In this document: piece by piece, positions 19,462 to 28,742 of the stretch
Layout: every line of letters starts with the position of its first letter
How positions within the stretch are numbered: position 1 is the first letter of the stretch
NCBI GenBank assembly: GCA_963667725.2
Contig: CAXXHO010000003.1
Location: 832,001 to 896,000, forward strand
DNA length: 64,000 nucleotides
Source: Treponemataceae bacterium
GTDB taxonomy: Bacteria; Spirochaetota; Spirochaetia; Treponematales; Rectinemataceae
Direction of reading: 5' to 3'
The notes under the pieces: model-generated
What the model was told of the DNA's origin: nothing
Databases searched by the model: none
The model's input: the letters and a program-made list of their open reading frames with translations, nothing else
Program-made: the position numbers and the translations under genes

Positions 19462-20238
19462 GTGAATATAATTATCGTCGCTTGCATATTGACAGCCTTT
19501 GCCTCATGGGAAATCATCCTGCTCTCATTTCGTATCTTTGGATCTAAAACCATAGCCAAACGGAAGACTCAGCTCTATGAGGACAAGGCGATAGAGATCA
19601 TCTTTTCGATGTTTTTCGCCTATAGGGGATTCAAGGTTCGGTTCGAGAACCGCCTGGAGGGAAAGCTCCCGAAACGTTATCTCGTCGTTTCCAATCATCA
19701 GAGCCTTCTGGATATTCCCATAATAATGCATATATTGCCCTCGGGGACGCGGTCCCGTTTTGTCGCGAAACAAGAGCTCGCTTGGGGGATACCTCTCATC
19801 TCGCTGCTCCTGCGCACGTCGGGGCATTGTTTAGTCAGACGGAAGGGCGATGCTCTCCAGGCTGTGCGAATCGTGACGGCCATGGCCAAGCGATGTAAAA
19901 CCGAAGGCACTATCCCGGTGATCTTCCCGGAAGGCACTCGCTCCAGGACCGGGGCCTTGGGGACGTTTCATTCGGCAGGCTACCGGAAGATATTGGAGGT
20001 AGAGCCTCTGCCTGTCCTTGTCGTCGCTGTGGACGGAGGCTGGCAGGTGGCAAAACTGGGGGATTTTTTCAAAAGGTTTGGAAAAACCGAGTATTCAGCG
20101 CGTTTTCTCGCGGTTCTGCCCGCGCCAGCAAACAGAAAGGAATCCTTGGCCACGCTGGAAAAAGCCCGGGAATTGATAGAAAAATCGCTTGAAGAGAGAC
20201 AAGAGAGGGCAGCCCCCGACAAGGCCGTCAGGGGCTGA
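19462..20238 (+). CDS. Lysophospholipid acyltransferase (PlsC family)
   Basis: NHQSLLD, FVAKQEL, FPEGTRS. Confidence 0.9.
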   Translation: MNIIIVACILTAFASWEIILLSFRIFGSKTIAKRKTQLYEDKAIEIIFSMFFAYRGFKVRFENRLEGKLPKRYLVVSNHQSLLDIPIIMHILPSGTRSRFVAKQELAWGIPLISLLLRTSGHCLVRRKGDALQAVRIVTAMAKRCKTEGTIPVIFPEGTRSRTGALGTFHSAGYRKILEVEPLPVLVVAVDGGWQVAKLGDFFKRFGKTEYSARFLAVLPAPANRKESLATLEKARELIEKSLEERQERAAPDKAVRG

Positions 20239-20246
20239 TCAGGAAA

Positions 20247-20417
20247 TCAGCTGAAATCACTGGGCTTGCGTTCTACGCGCTTGCACTTTTCGCACTCCGC
20301 GACATTGCGAACTTTGCCGTTCTCGAAGATTGTCTTCATCTTAACTTCGCCGCCGCAGGGGCAGTAGAAGTGGTGCGTGCTGCTGGAAGTACGAGCGTTC
20401 TTGGAAACATTTGCCAT
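20247..20417 (-). CDS. 56-aa basic zinc-ribbon small protein
   Basis: Translated by hand: MANVSKNARTSSSTHHFYCPCGGEVKMKTIFENGKVRNVAECEKCKRVERKPSDFS; AAGGAG RBS; TTGACA-N18-TATCTT promoter at 20443-20472. Confidence 0.8.
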   Translation of the reverse strand: MANVSKNARTSSSTHHFYCPCGGEVKMKTIFENGKVRNVAECEKCKRVERKPSDFS

Positions 20418-20510
20418 TGCGTTCTCCTTGGAAAGACGAGATAAGATATACGTTTGGGGGCTCCTGTGTCAACCTTGCGGGAGCCCGTTGCCGGTTCCTG
20501 AATCGAAGGC

Positions 20511-20600
20511 AAAAAAAGACCGCCGGATAAGGAGGAATATCCGGCGGTCAACGCAAAAGGAGGTGCATGAAAAGCGAATTGCTGTCGTCCTGCACTAATA
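20511..20600 (-). ncRNA. Candidate small RNA or 3' UTR element with two CCUCCU (anti-SD) loops, ending in a terminator
   Basis: Minus strand GCA-CCUCCUUU-UGC, then 12-bp stem GACCGCCGGAUA-UUCCUCCU-UAUCCGGCGGUC-U7; 5' end unknown. Confidence 0.5.
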
Positions 20601-20643
20601 AAAGTAATGCATTAGTCCGGAAGTTACCACCGAAAGCGCAAAA

Positions 20644-21567
20644 TTAATTTATTTTTTTCCATATTTCCCTGATGGCATCCAAAAAAAAGTTTTTCATCGG
20701 GACTTTGCCTCTGATGACTTGGGCCTTGAAGTCCCTCACGGCGTAACCGATGCCGATATCCCTGTTTTTTAAATGTTTCAGTTCGTCCCAATGCTGGACG
20801 AGAAAGAGGTAGAGATCGGCGTAGGTTCTGCCGGGAAAGAGCGTAAGAATCTTTTCCTCCCCTATGGCGAGGATTATGGGAAGGTATACATTCTCGTGCC
20901 AGGAAAGCATGGCGTTTGAAAATTCGATTTCCTTGGATTCCTGCTCGTTGAGATAATATTTGTGAACGGCGATATGCTCGCGGATCGTGTCGTACCGGCC
21001 GGGTTCCGAAAAGCTGAGGTCATCCCTGCCGATTATCGAAAGGTAGCCCGTTTCATCGAAAAAACGCTTTTTTTCATACTCCACGACGGCTCTTCTCAGC
21101 CCATCCATGCCCATGTCCTTGCTGAGCTCTATTTTTGCCTGGAGGGAGGTCACTTCGGCATCGATCTCGATCTGGCCCAAGGCTCTCGCCACCGATACCC
21201 TGTGGTTGCCATCCCGCACGAAATATACGCCCCCCATTTCATAGAGCCTGATCGGCGGCAGACTGATATCCTGATAATAGGTTTTGTCTATGCTGACCCA
21301 ACGCTGCTTTAGATGTTCCTTTCTGGGGAGGAAGTGCCGGTTGAAGTCCCTGTACCGCCCTTCGCTTCCCACGATTTTTTCCAGGGGAACCGTGGCGAGC
21401 CCGGCGTAGACCTCGCCTTCGGGCCTAAGCAGCTTGCGGGCGGCGTCGAAGGGAAGGAGGTCTTCCTCTGAGGGCTGGAATATATGGGATATGCGGGATA
21501 GAAGCGCTTTCGTGTGCGCCTTGTAGAAATCCTGCTCCACCATGCTATCAATCAGGGCATTGGCCAT
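20644..21567 (-). CDS. ParB/Srx-like domain protein with DUF4032-like C-terminus
   Basis: IVGSEGRY, LPPIRLY, YFVRDGNHRVSVA, IAVHKYYL, ADLYLF. Confidence 0.75.
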   Translation of the reverse strand: MANALIDSMVEQDFYKAHTKALLSRISHIFQPSEEDLLPFDAARKLLRPEGEVYAGLATVPLEKIVGSEGRYRDFNRHFLPRKEHLKQRWVSIDKTYYQDISLPPIRLYEMGGVYFVRDGNHRVSVARALGQIEIDAEVTSLQAKIELSKDMGMDGLRRAVVEYEKKRFFDETGYLSIIGRDDLSFSEPGRYDTIREHIAVHKYYLNEQESKEIEFSNAMLSWHENVYLPIILAIGEEKILTLFPGRTYADLYLFLVQHWDELKHLKNRDIGIGYAVRDFKAQVIRGKVPMKNFFLDAIREIWKKIN

Positions 21568-22237
21568 CGCGTCTCCTTGAGAGGGCAAGAACCCTATGAC
21601 CGTACACGTTGACGACGGTCGTTGTTCCCAGCCGTTTTTCGCGCAGCTCGCGGCTGTCGTAGACATGGACGTGTCCATGAACGAAGAATGTCGGCGCCGC
21701 GAATTTTATAAGCCATCTAAACATCCTAAAGCCCTGGTGACAGAGGTCGCTGCCGTCGTGGATCCCTTTCGGCGGCGAATGGGCGAGGATGATGTCCACG
21801 CCGCGCCCATAAAAGAGCTTGCGGATGAAGAGTCTTGGAATCAGCGGGAGAATCCTGATTTTCATGCCGAAATCGGAGTATTGATTGGCTCCGCCATTAT
21901 AGAGCATGGACCCGGGCAAACCCAGCACCGAAACGCCCGCTTCTTTCCTTATGTCGAAGGACACTCTTCCGAGCGAGCTTCTCTCCCTTTCGGTTTCGTC
22001 GTCGATGCCCAAGGAACTCGCGAATAGATTTATCGGCTTTTTGTCGACGGGATCGTGGTTGCCCGCGACGGAGACGATAGGCTTATTGAGCATCGAGGTG
22101 ATGAACTCAAGGTATTCGTCCGGAAGATCCCCCGCCGAAAGGATGAGATCGACGTCGCCGAAGCGCTGGCGAACGGTCGAGGAATAAACGAGAAGGTCGA
22201 CTTCATCGGCCACGCATAGAATCTTCACTTCCTTCAC
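21548..22237 (-). CDS. Calcineurin-like metallophosphoesterase
   Basis: AGDL, GNHD, AHSPP, HGHVH; GTG start overlaps the mutL stop (GTGA). Confidence 0.88.
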   Translation of the reverse strand: MKEVKILCVADEVDLLVYSSTVRQRFGDVDLILSAGDLPDEYLEFITSMLNKPIVSVAGNHDPVDKKPINLFASSLGIDDETERERSSLGRVSFDIRKEAGVSVLGLPGSMLYNGGANQYSDFGMKIRILPLIPRLFIRKLFYGRGVDIILAHSPPKGIHDGSDLCHQGFRMFRWLIKFAAPTFFVHGHVHVYDSRELREKRLGTTTVVNVYGHRVLALSRRRDGQCPD

Positions 22238-24003
22238 GACGTGATTCTCCCCACCATGCGATACAGCGCAGTCTTGTCGAACTTCACCCATACGGGCCTG
22301 CCATGAGGACAGCGGGGAAAGGGCAGGGAGAGAGCTTGTTCGATGAGCTCACGCGCGGCGAAATCGTCCAGGAGGTCTCCGTCCTTGACGGCCGCCCGGC
22401 AGGCCATGGTCGCCAGGAAATTCTCGGCCGGAACCTCTCCCGCTGAATCTTCGGAAAAGCAATCGACGAGGGCTTGAATGCCTTTTTCGCCGAGAAAGGC
22501 GGGAACGGCGTTGACGACGAAACTATCGCCCGACCGTTCGATCTCATAGCCCATGCGCTCCAGTTCGGGGAGGGCGGCGACAAGCCTGCGCGAAAACTCT
22601 TCCCCGTCGATTTCGAAGATGAAGGGTACGAGGAGAGATTGGCTGGCCGCCTTTGCCTTGGAGAGTTCGTCGTAGAGGATGCGCTCATGGGCGGCGTGCT
22701 GGTCCAGGACATAGAGAATTTCATCTTTTTCGAAGAGGATGAAGGGGCCGAAGGCTTTGCCCAGGTAACGGAAGGCGGCTTTCCCGCCCGAATCGGCTCC
22801 AGGTCCCGAATAGCGCCTTGAATCGGCCGCGACCCCCGCTCGCGCGACAGGAAATCGCGGTTCGCCGGGTACTGCCAGTCCGGGGGCGTCGGGAGTCTCT
22901 CGGATCCAGCTCCCTGCCGTATCCCCGCCGGTGGCTAATGGGATGTCCCACAAGACTCTTTCCGTTTCTTTTCCGCTCTCCTGCCTGAAGCCTGCCGACA
23001 TGTCGCTTGGTCCCGCTCCCAGCGTCGAATGAAGCTGAACCCTGAAGGCTGAATAGAATCCCGACTTGATGGGTTCGGGATTTTTTATCCTCACTTCCCG
23101 CTTGGCGGGGTGAATGTTGAAATCGGCCTGCGAAGGGTCTATTTCGGCGAAGAGGAAGGCGCAGGGCTTCATGCCTCCGGGAAGGTACTCAGAAAAAGCG
23201 TATTCGAGCAGGCTGATGAATCCCCATTCGGGCACCTTCCGCCTGTTCACGAATACCTGAAGATATTTCCTGTCCTTTCTGTGGAAGGAAGGGTCGGCGT
23301 AGATCAGCGTCAGGGCGGCTCCCCCCGCCTCCACCTCGAAGCGCGAGAGTATGCTTCCGGGAATTTCCCTATAGAGAAGGGCTATCCTGTCTTCCTGGCT
23401 GGATTTGGGGAAATGTTCGCTTTCCGCCCCAGAGCGCCAGATAAAAGCCACCGATGGATGAGCCAGGGCTCGCTCTACGAATATCTGACGGCAAAGAAGG
23501 GCTTCCGATGCCGGACGTTTCAGGAACTGGCGGCGGGCGGGGAAGCGTTCGAATATACCCCTCACCGAAACCGTCGTGCCCTCCCTGGCTGCCACCGGGG
23601 AAATGGAGGCTTCCTTCCCGGGTTCTTTCTGAAGACACCAGCCCAGTTCCGAGCCTTTTTCCCGGCTGGTCATCTCGAGCCGGGCTACGGCGGCTATGGA
23701 AGCCAGTGCCTCCCCCCGGAACCCGAGGGTCCTGGCCAACAATAGATCGTCGGCGTTTTCTATCTTGCTGGTGGAGTGTTCGAGTATGGACAGTTCGAGA
23801 TCTTCCCTGGACATACCGAATCCATCGTCCGAGACGCGGATGAGGTCGATGCCACCCTTTTCGATGTCGACCCGGATTTCGGAGGCGCCCGAGTCGATCG
23901 CGTTATCGATGAGTTCCCGCAGGGCGGAGGCGGGTCTGTCTATCACTTCTCCGGCCGCGATGAGGCGGGAGGTTTCGGGCGGAAGAAGGTGGATGCGTGC
24001 CAT
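22234..24003 (-). CDS. mutL: DNA mismatch repair endonuclease MutL
   Basis: IAAGEVI, GFRGEAL, NIHPAKREV, DQHAAHER, ACR, CPHGRP. Confidence 0.96.
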   Translation of the reverse strand: MARIHLLPPETSRLIAAGEVIDRPASALRELIDNAIDSGASEIRVDIEKGGIDLIRVSDDGFGMSREDLELSILEHSTSKIENADDLLLARTLGFRGEALASIAAVARLEMTSREKGSELGWCLQKEPGKEASISPVAAREGTTVSVRGIFERFPARRQFLKRPASEALLCRQIFVERALAHPSVAFIWRSGAESEHFPKSSQEDRIALLYREIPGSILSRFEVEAGGAALTLIYADPSFHRKDRKYLQVFVNRRKVPEWGFISLLEYAFSEYLPGGMKPCAFLFAEIDPSQADFNIHPAKREVRIKNPEPIKSGFYSAFRVQLHSTLGAGPSDMSAGFRQESGKETERVLWDIPLATGGDTAGSWIRETPDAPGLAVPGEPRFPVARAGVAADSRRYSGPGADSGGKAAFRYLGKAFGPFILFEKDEILYVLDQHAAHERILYDELSKAKAASQSLLVPFIFEIDGEEFSRRLVAALPELERMGYEIERSGDSFVVNAVPAFLGEKGIQALVDCFSEDSAGEVPAENFLATMACRAAVKDGDLLDDFAARELIEQALSLPFPRCPHGRPVWVKFDKTALYRMVGRITS

Positions 24004-24031
24004 CAGAACAATATAGCGTTTATGCGAGGCT

Positions 24032-24061
24032 AAAAAAAGGACGCCCCGGGGTGGGGCGTCC
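24032..24061 (-). terminator. Intrinsic terminator after the tandem OMP genes
   Basis: ggacgcccc/ggggcgtcc stem with U7 on the minus strand. Confidence 0.75.
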
Positions 24062-24118
24062 AAAAATCCGTATTTTTCCTTGCCCTTCTTCCATAGTGAA
24101 GGGCGAAAAGGTAATTCG

Positions 24119-25645
24119 CTAGAACCTGACCCTTGTCTCGATCGTGACGGTGGGGGCCATCCTCACGCCTGAGGTCGGATCGTTGTCGACCACGTACTTG
24201 ATATTGCCGGTCGTCGTGTCCCTGACCGCGATAGCCTTGAAGATCAGGCCGATCGCGAGGTTGGGCGTCTTGGGAATCGGTATCTCGATCTCGCCCGCGA
24301 AGGCCGTCTGCTCGTCGAAGAAGGTGAACGTGCCGTCCATGAGCGAATTGACGAGGCCTCTCTTGTCATAATAGACGGCTCCCGCCACGTCGACGATGGG
24401 AATGAGCCCCTTCTTGATGGTGAAACCGGCGTGGAGTTCATCGTCGGCGGCGTCGCTGAAGGAGAAGCCTGTCGACGGATCCCATGGCCACATATAGCCG
24501 GCCGATAGGGTGAGCTTTTCCTTGAAGAGAGAGAAGCCGGCTTCGCCGTAGATGCCCATGACCGTAGGCGCCGTGGATATGGAATTCGTTCCGTCGAGAT
24601 AGCCGATATAGTCCATCACGTAGTTCGAACGGCTTCGCTCGTAGGTGGAATCGAAGAAAGCGGGCCTGAAGATGCCGGTGAAGTACCTGTACTCCAGCCT
24701 CCAGTCGATGAAGAGAACATTGCCGAGGAATCCGGCCGCCGCTCCCCAGTTTTTGGGACCGCCGTCCCACACGAGATCGGTCTGGAAACCGCTCGGAATG
24801 AGCGTCGAATTGCTCGTGAAGGCCGATTTGACGTAGGGAATGGTCAGGGAAGCATCAGCGAAGGCCCTGATGCTCATGATTTCGTTGGTCTTGATGATGG
24901 GAAGGTCGAGGTCCACGCCGGTTCCGACGAACACGAAGTTGTCGACGGCCGCGCTGTAGCTTGTGTCCGCCAGATCCTGGGCCGCCGCGAAGTCGGCCAC
25001 GGCGGAAACGCCGAAAGCCAGCTTGGATTTCTTGATCGGGCGGAAATACAGGCGGGCGCCGGCGATTTCTGGGACGGGCAGATCGTTCGCGAGGGCTTCG
25101 AAACCGACGCCTCCGAAATCGATGCCCGTGTTCACGCCCGTGCGCCTGATGCTGGGGAAGTCGGTATCATTGCGGTAATTGCGCATTATCAGACCATGGC
25201 CGATGGTGAGGCCGTGGAGATTGCCCACCTTGACGAAGAAGGGATCCTCGAGAGGCTGGCCGTACTCAAGGTACTTGATCTTGAGGATGATGTCGGCGGC
25301 TGTATCCTTGATGGCGGCGAAAGTATCGGTTCCCCAGTATTGAGCGCCGAAATCCCACTCGTTGTTCCCGCCCGGCTGGTACCAGGATCCGGGGTTGAAA
25401 AGATCGTCGGTATAGATGACGGGTAGGTAGAAACCGAGCTTCAGCCTCCCTATCCTCACTTCAGGGGAAAGTACGACCTTGGAATAGCTGTTCCCGTCGA
25501 TGCTGACGGAGCCTATCTCCATGCCCATATTGTCGCGCAGCCAGTCCATGAAGGCCTCGCCGGGGCCGCCTTCGGCGGCTTGGGCGAAGACGGCGCCGGG
25601 CGCCAGCAATGCCAGCAGGACTATGATTGATAAGATTCGTTTCAT
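24119..25645 (-). CDS. Putative outer-membrane beta-barrel protein (paralogue 2)
   Basis: Signal peptide, amphipathic Gly/aromatic strands, C-terminal ETRVRF. Confidence 0.7.
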   Translation of the reverse strand: MKRILSIIVLLALLAPGAVFAQAAEGGPGEAFMDWLRDNMGMEIGSVSIDGNSYSKVVLSPEVRIGRLKLGFYLPVIYTDDLFNPGSWYQPGGNNEWDFGAQYWGTDTFAAIKDTAADIILKIKYLEYGQPLEDPFFVKVGNLHGLTIGHGLIMRNYRNDTDFPSIRRTGVNTGIDFGGVGFEALANDLPVPEIAGARLYFRPIKKSKLAFGVSAVADFAAAQDLADTSYSAAVDNFVFVGTGVDLDLPIIKTNEIMSIRAFADASLTIPYVKSAFTSNSTLIPSGFQTDLVWDGGPKNWGAAAGFLGNVLFIDWRLEYRYFTGIFRPAFFDSTYERSRSNYVMDYIGYLDGTNSISTAPTVMGIYGEAGFSLFKEKLTLSAGYMWPWDPSTGFSFSDAADDELHAGFTIKKGLIPIVDVAGAVYYDKRGLVNSLMDGTFTFFDEQTAFAGEIEIPIPKTPNLAIGLIFKAIAVRDTTTGNIKYVVDNDPTSGVRMAPTVTIETRVRF

Positions 25646-25664
25646 TGTATGCCTCCTTTCCGGC

Positions 25665-27050
25665 TTAGAAGCGCACCGACGCGCTCAGGGAAGAGCTTAC
25701 GTCGAAGCCGCCTATCGAGCTGTCGTCGTTGACCTTGGACGGATTCCAGCTATAGGTATAGCTGAGGGTCAGAACCGTCGCTCCGGTCTTATAGTTCACG
25801 CCGAATCCTATCACCGCGTCCTGGGGATCGATCAGGTCGTCGAAGATCCCGGTTTCCCTTCCGATGAAGTATTTCTCGTAGCCGCCTTCAAGAGAAAGTC
25901 CACCGATGATTCCTTCTCCCAACAGCACCTTGCCCTTGAGATGGGGATAGGCGGAGCTGTTGTCGGTATCAGCGTCGGGGGCGGGGACCGGGGCGAAGGG
26001 ACCGTCCAAAATGGCGCTGAACTGGAGCTTTCTATTGAAGAGATCGAAGCCGAGGCTGGCCAGCCAGCCGGCGGTGAAGTCGCCGGGCAAGGTGCTTTCG
26101 ATATAGTCAAACCGCTCCGCCCTGTAGAGATCGTAGTTGTTGTCGAAATAGGTCGGGATGAAACCTTCCTGGAGATAGCGGATCTGGGCGCCGTAGCTGA
26201 TGAAGCTTATCAGCCTGCCGCCGACGCCGGTGATGGCGCCCATGGCGCCATTCATCTCCCGGGCTCCCTCCACGAAGGCGGTGAGGGAGAATACTTCGCC
26301 GGTCACTATCGGAACCGTTACATCGGCCCCATACACGTAGATGAGCTTCGTCACGGGATAGGAGCTGGCGGTGATCTCCTCGGCTGTCGTATAGATCAGA
26401 GGATTCCTGTCCACCACCGCGGTTCCTCCGATCTGAACCCGGCCGAGAATGGATTTTCCCATAAAGGCGAGAGGCCTTACATAGACTCTTCCGCCGATCA
26501 CGTCGAGATTGGCCAGGTTGCCGGTGAGCGCCTCAACCCCGAAATAGGGTACGTTGAAAAGTGCTCCGTCGACTCCCGCCTGCAGGCCGAAAAGCCTCTG
26601 CTCAGGAAGGAATTTGGTATTGGCGTAATCTGAGACGATGAGACCGTTGCCCAAGCCAAAATCCGAAATGGAGCCAAGCTTTACGTAGAGCGGATCGATT
26701 CCCCGCTTTCCATACCGCACATACATGATTTTAGGCAGATAGACATCGAAGATCGTCTTGCCGCCCGAGGGAACCCAGTCGGGGGTGTAGAGAACGAAGG
26801 GGTTGCTTTCGTCAGGATAGAGCTGGAAACGGAAGGTCAGATCCAGGCCGATTCCAAATTTTCCCATGGCCAGATCGGGCTGGAACCCTAGTTTTGACCA
26901 GCTTTCCATCACGCCCGTATCGGGGTTAGGCAGAAGATCCGATCCCAGGTTGAGACCGGCGGAAAAACCATCTCCCGTATCGCCAGATTCCTGGGCCGAT
27001 AAAGGGAGGAGCAGAGTGATGATTACAACGAACAGGGAAAGTCGCTTCAT
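25665..27050 (-). CDS. Putative outer-membrane beta-barrel protein (paralogue 1)
   Basis: Signal peptide, amphipathic strands, C-terminal SASVRF; shares motifs with the downstream gene. Confidence 0.7.
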   Translation of the reverse strand: MKRLSLFVVIITLLLPLSAQESGDTGDGFSAGLNLGSDLLPNPDTGVMESWSKLGFQPDLAMGKFGIGLDLTFRFQLYPDESNPFVLYTPDWVPSGGKTIFDVYLPKIMYVRYGKRGIDPLYVKLGSISDFGLGNGLIVSDYANTKFLPEQRLFGLQAGVDGALFNVPYFGVEALTGNLANLDVIGGRVYVRPLAFMGKSILGRVQIGGTAVVDRNPLIYTTAEEITASSYPVTKLIYVYGADVTVPIVTGEVFSLTAFVEGAREMNGAMGAITGVGGRLISFISYGAQIRYLQEGFIPTYFDNNYDLYRAERFDYIESTLPGDFTAGWLASLGFDLFNRKLQFSAILDGPFAPVPAPDADTDNSSAYPHLKGKVLLGEGIIGGLSLEGGYEKYFIGRETGIFDDLIDPQDAVIGFGVNYKTGATVLTLSYTYSWNPSKVNDDSSIGGFDVSSSLSASVRF

Positions 27051-27257
27051 TGTTGATAAGCCTCCTTGAAAGGCGATTTGCGCCGGGCGCCGATTTTCCT
27101 ACTACCCATTATATGACACTTGTACAAGGATTACATGATTACTTCTATTTTTCAAGCAAAAGCGACAGGCAATAAGGTCCTTTTATGATGGAATCCTTGC
27201 TGGAATTCGCCAAAAAAGGTAATGTAGCTTCAGCCTGTCGGGTAAAGGGGTACGAAG

Positions 27258-28727
27258 ATGGACTTTTTTGAACGAATTGAAGAGATCGTCAAAGGCAAAG
27301 GCACGAACCTCTGCATAGGTCTGGATCCTTATTTCAGCAGGGAAGAACGGACGAAGCAGGGTGACGAAGCCTGCCTTGCGGCGGCCTTGAAGGCCAATCT
27401 CCGTATCATTGAAGCCACGCATCCTTTTGCCGCCTGCTATAAACCGAATATCGCCTTTTATGAAGCCTTCGGCAGTCGCGGCATGGCTGTGCTCGGACAG
27501 ACATTGGCGGCCATTCCCCGGGAAATCCCCGTAATCCTGGACGCCAAGCGCGGCGATATCGACTCGACCGCCCGAGCTTACGCCGACGCCGTTTTCGGCG
27601 AATTGGGAGCCGACGCGGTAACCTTGAGTCCCTACATGGGCAAGGACACCGTCGATCCTTTCCTCGACTGGAAGGACAAGGGCGTTTTCATACTCTGCAA
27701 AACGAGCAACCCCGGCGCCGGGACTTTCCAGGACCTTTCCGTGGCGGGAGAACCGCTTTATCTGCGCGTCGCGAGGGAAGCCTCCTCATGGTCGGAACGG
27801 GTAGGGCTCGTCGTCGCCGGCAACAATGCCGCCGCGCTCGCCAGAGTTCGCGCCGCCGCTCCTCATGCCTGGTTTCTGGCGCCCGGAATCGGGGCTCAGG
27901 GCGGGAAAGCCGACGAGGCGATGCGCGCCGGCGCCCGCGCCGACGGCTCCGGCATCCTCGTCGTGGCCGCCAGATCCGTCGCGGGCGCTGCCGATCCCGG
28001 CGCCGCGGCTCGCTCCCTGCGCGATGAGATGCGCCGCGCGGCGGCCGAAGCCAGACCATCCAACGTCGCCAATGCCGCCAATGCCGATGGCGCGGCCGTA
28101 CCGGGCTGGAGCGCCGCTGTGGGAGCCAGCGAAGCCCTGAAGGACAGCCTCGTGCGCCACCTCATCGACACCGGATGCTTCCGGCTGGGGGATTTCGTCC
28201 TCAAGAGCGGCAAGAAAAGCCCCTTCTATATAGATCTCAGAAGACTCATCTCCGACCCCGCCGCCCTCGAAACGGCAGGCCTGGCCTATGCCGAACTAGC
28301 CCGGGATCTCGCTTTCGACAGGCTCGCGGGCATACCCGCCGCCGCCCTTCCTCTTGCCACCGCCGCCGGCCTCGCGCTCAAGGTGCCCATGATCTGGCCC
28401 AGAATGCCCGTCAAGGAACACGGCACCGGTAATAAAGTGGAGGGCGAGTTCAGGTCCGGTGAAAAGGTTCTTCTCCTCGACGACCTCATCACGACAGGCG
28501 CGAGCAAGCTGGAAGCCATAGAGATACTACGCGGTGAGGGCTTGAACGTAAACGACCTGATCGTCCTGATAGAACGGGGAAAGCAGGGAAGGGTGGACAT
28601 GGAGAAAGCGGGCATCCGCCTCCACGCATTCCTCCATGTCAGAGAGCTCTTTTCCTCCTGTGAACGCCTGGGAATCATCGACGGGAAGACGCGCGCCGAA
28701 CTTGAACGTTTCGTCGACGAGGAATGA
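27258..28727 (+). CDS. pyrF: Bifunctional OMP decarboxylase / orotate phosphoribosyltransferase (PyrF-PyrE fusion)
   Basis: DAKRGDI, LAPGIGAQGG; then LKSGKKSPFYIDLR, LLDDLITTGASK. Confidence 0.93.
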   Translation: MDFFERIEEIVKGKGTNLCIGLDPYFSREERTKQGDEACLAAALKANLRIIEATHPFAACYKPNIAFYEAFGSRGMAVLGQTLAAIPREIPVILDAKRGDIDSTARAYADAVFGELGADAVTLSPYMGKDTVDPFLDWKDKGVFILCKTSNPGAGTFQDLSVAGEPLYLRVAREASSWSERVGLVVAGNNAAALARVRAAAPHAWFLAPGIGAQGGKADEAMRAGARADGSGILVVAARSVAGAADPGAAARSLRDEMRRAAAEARPSNVANAANADGAAVPGWSAAVGASEALKDSLVRHLIDTGCFRLGDFVLKSGKKSPFYIDLRRLISDPAALETAGLAYAELARDLAFDRLAGIPAAALPLATAAGLALKVPMIWPRMPVKEHGTGNKVEGEFRSGEKVLLLDDLITTGASKLEAIEILRGEGLNVNDLIVLIERGKQGRVDMEKAGIRLHAFLHVRELFSSCERLGIIDGKTRAELERFVDEE

Positions 28728-28742
28728 AGACGCTTCGCCGGC

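Noticed and set aside
20567..20647. Plus-strand 26-aa ORF after AGGAGGT
   Set aside because: SD-to-ATG spacing is only 2 nt and the peptide is featureless; the motif is better explained as the complement of the CCUCCU loop.
25500..26633. 377-aa plus-strand ORF
   Set aside because: Antisense to an OMP gene; artefact of GC-rich codon usage.
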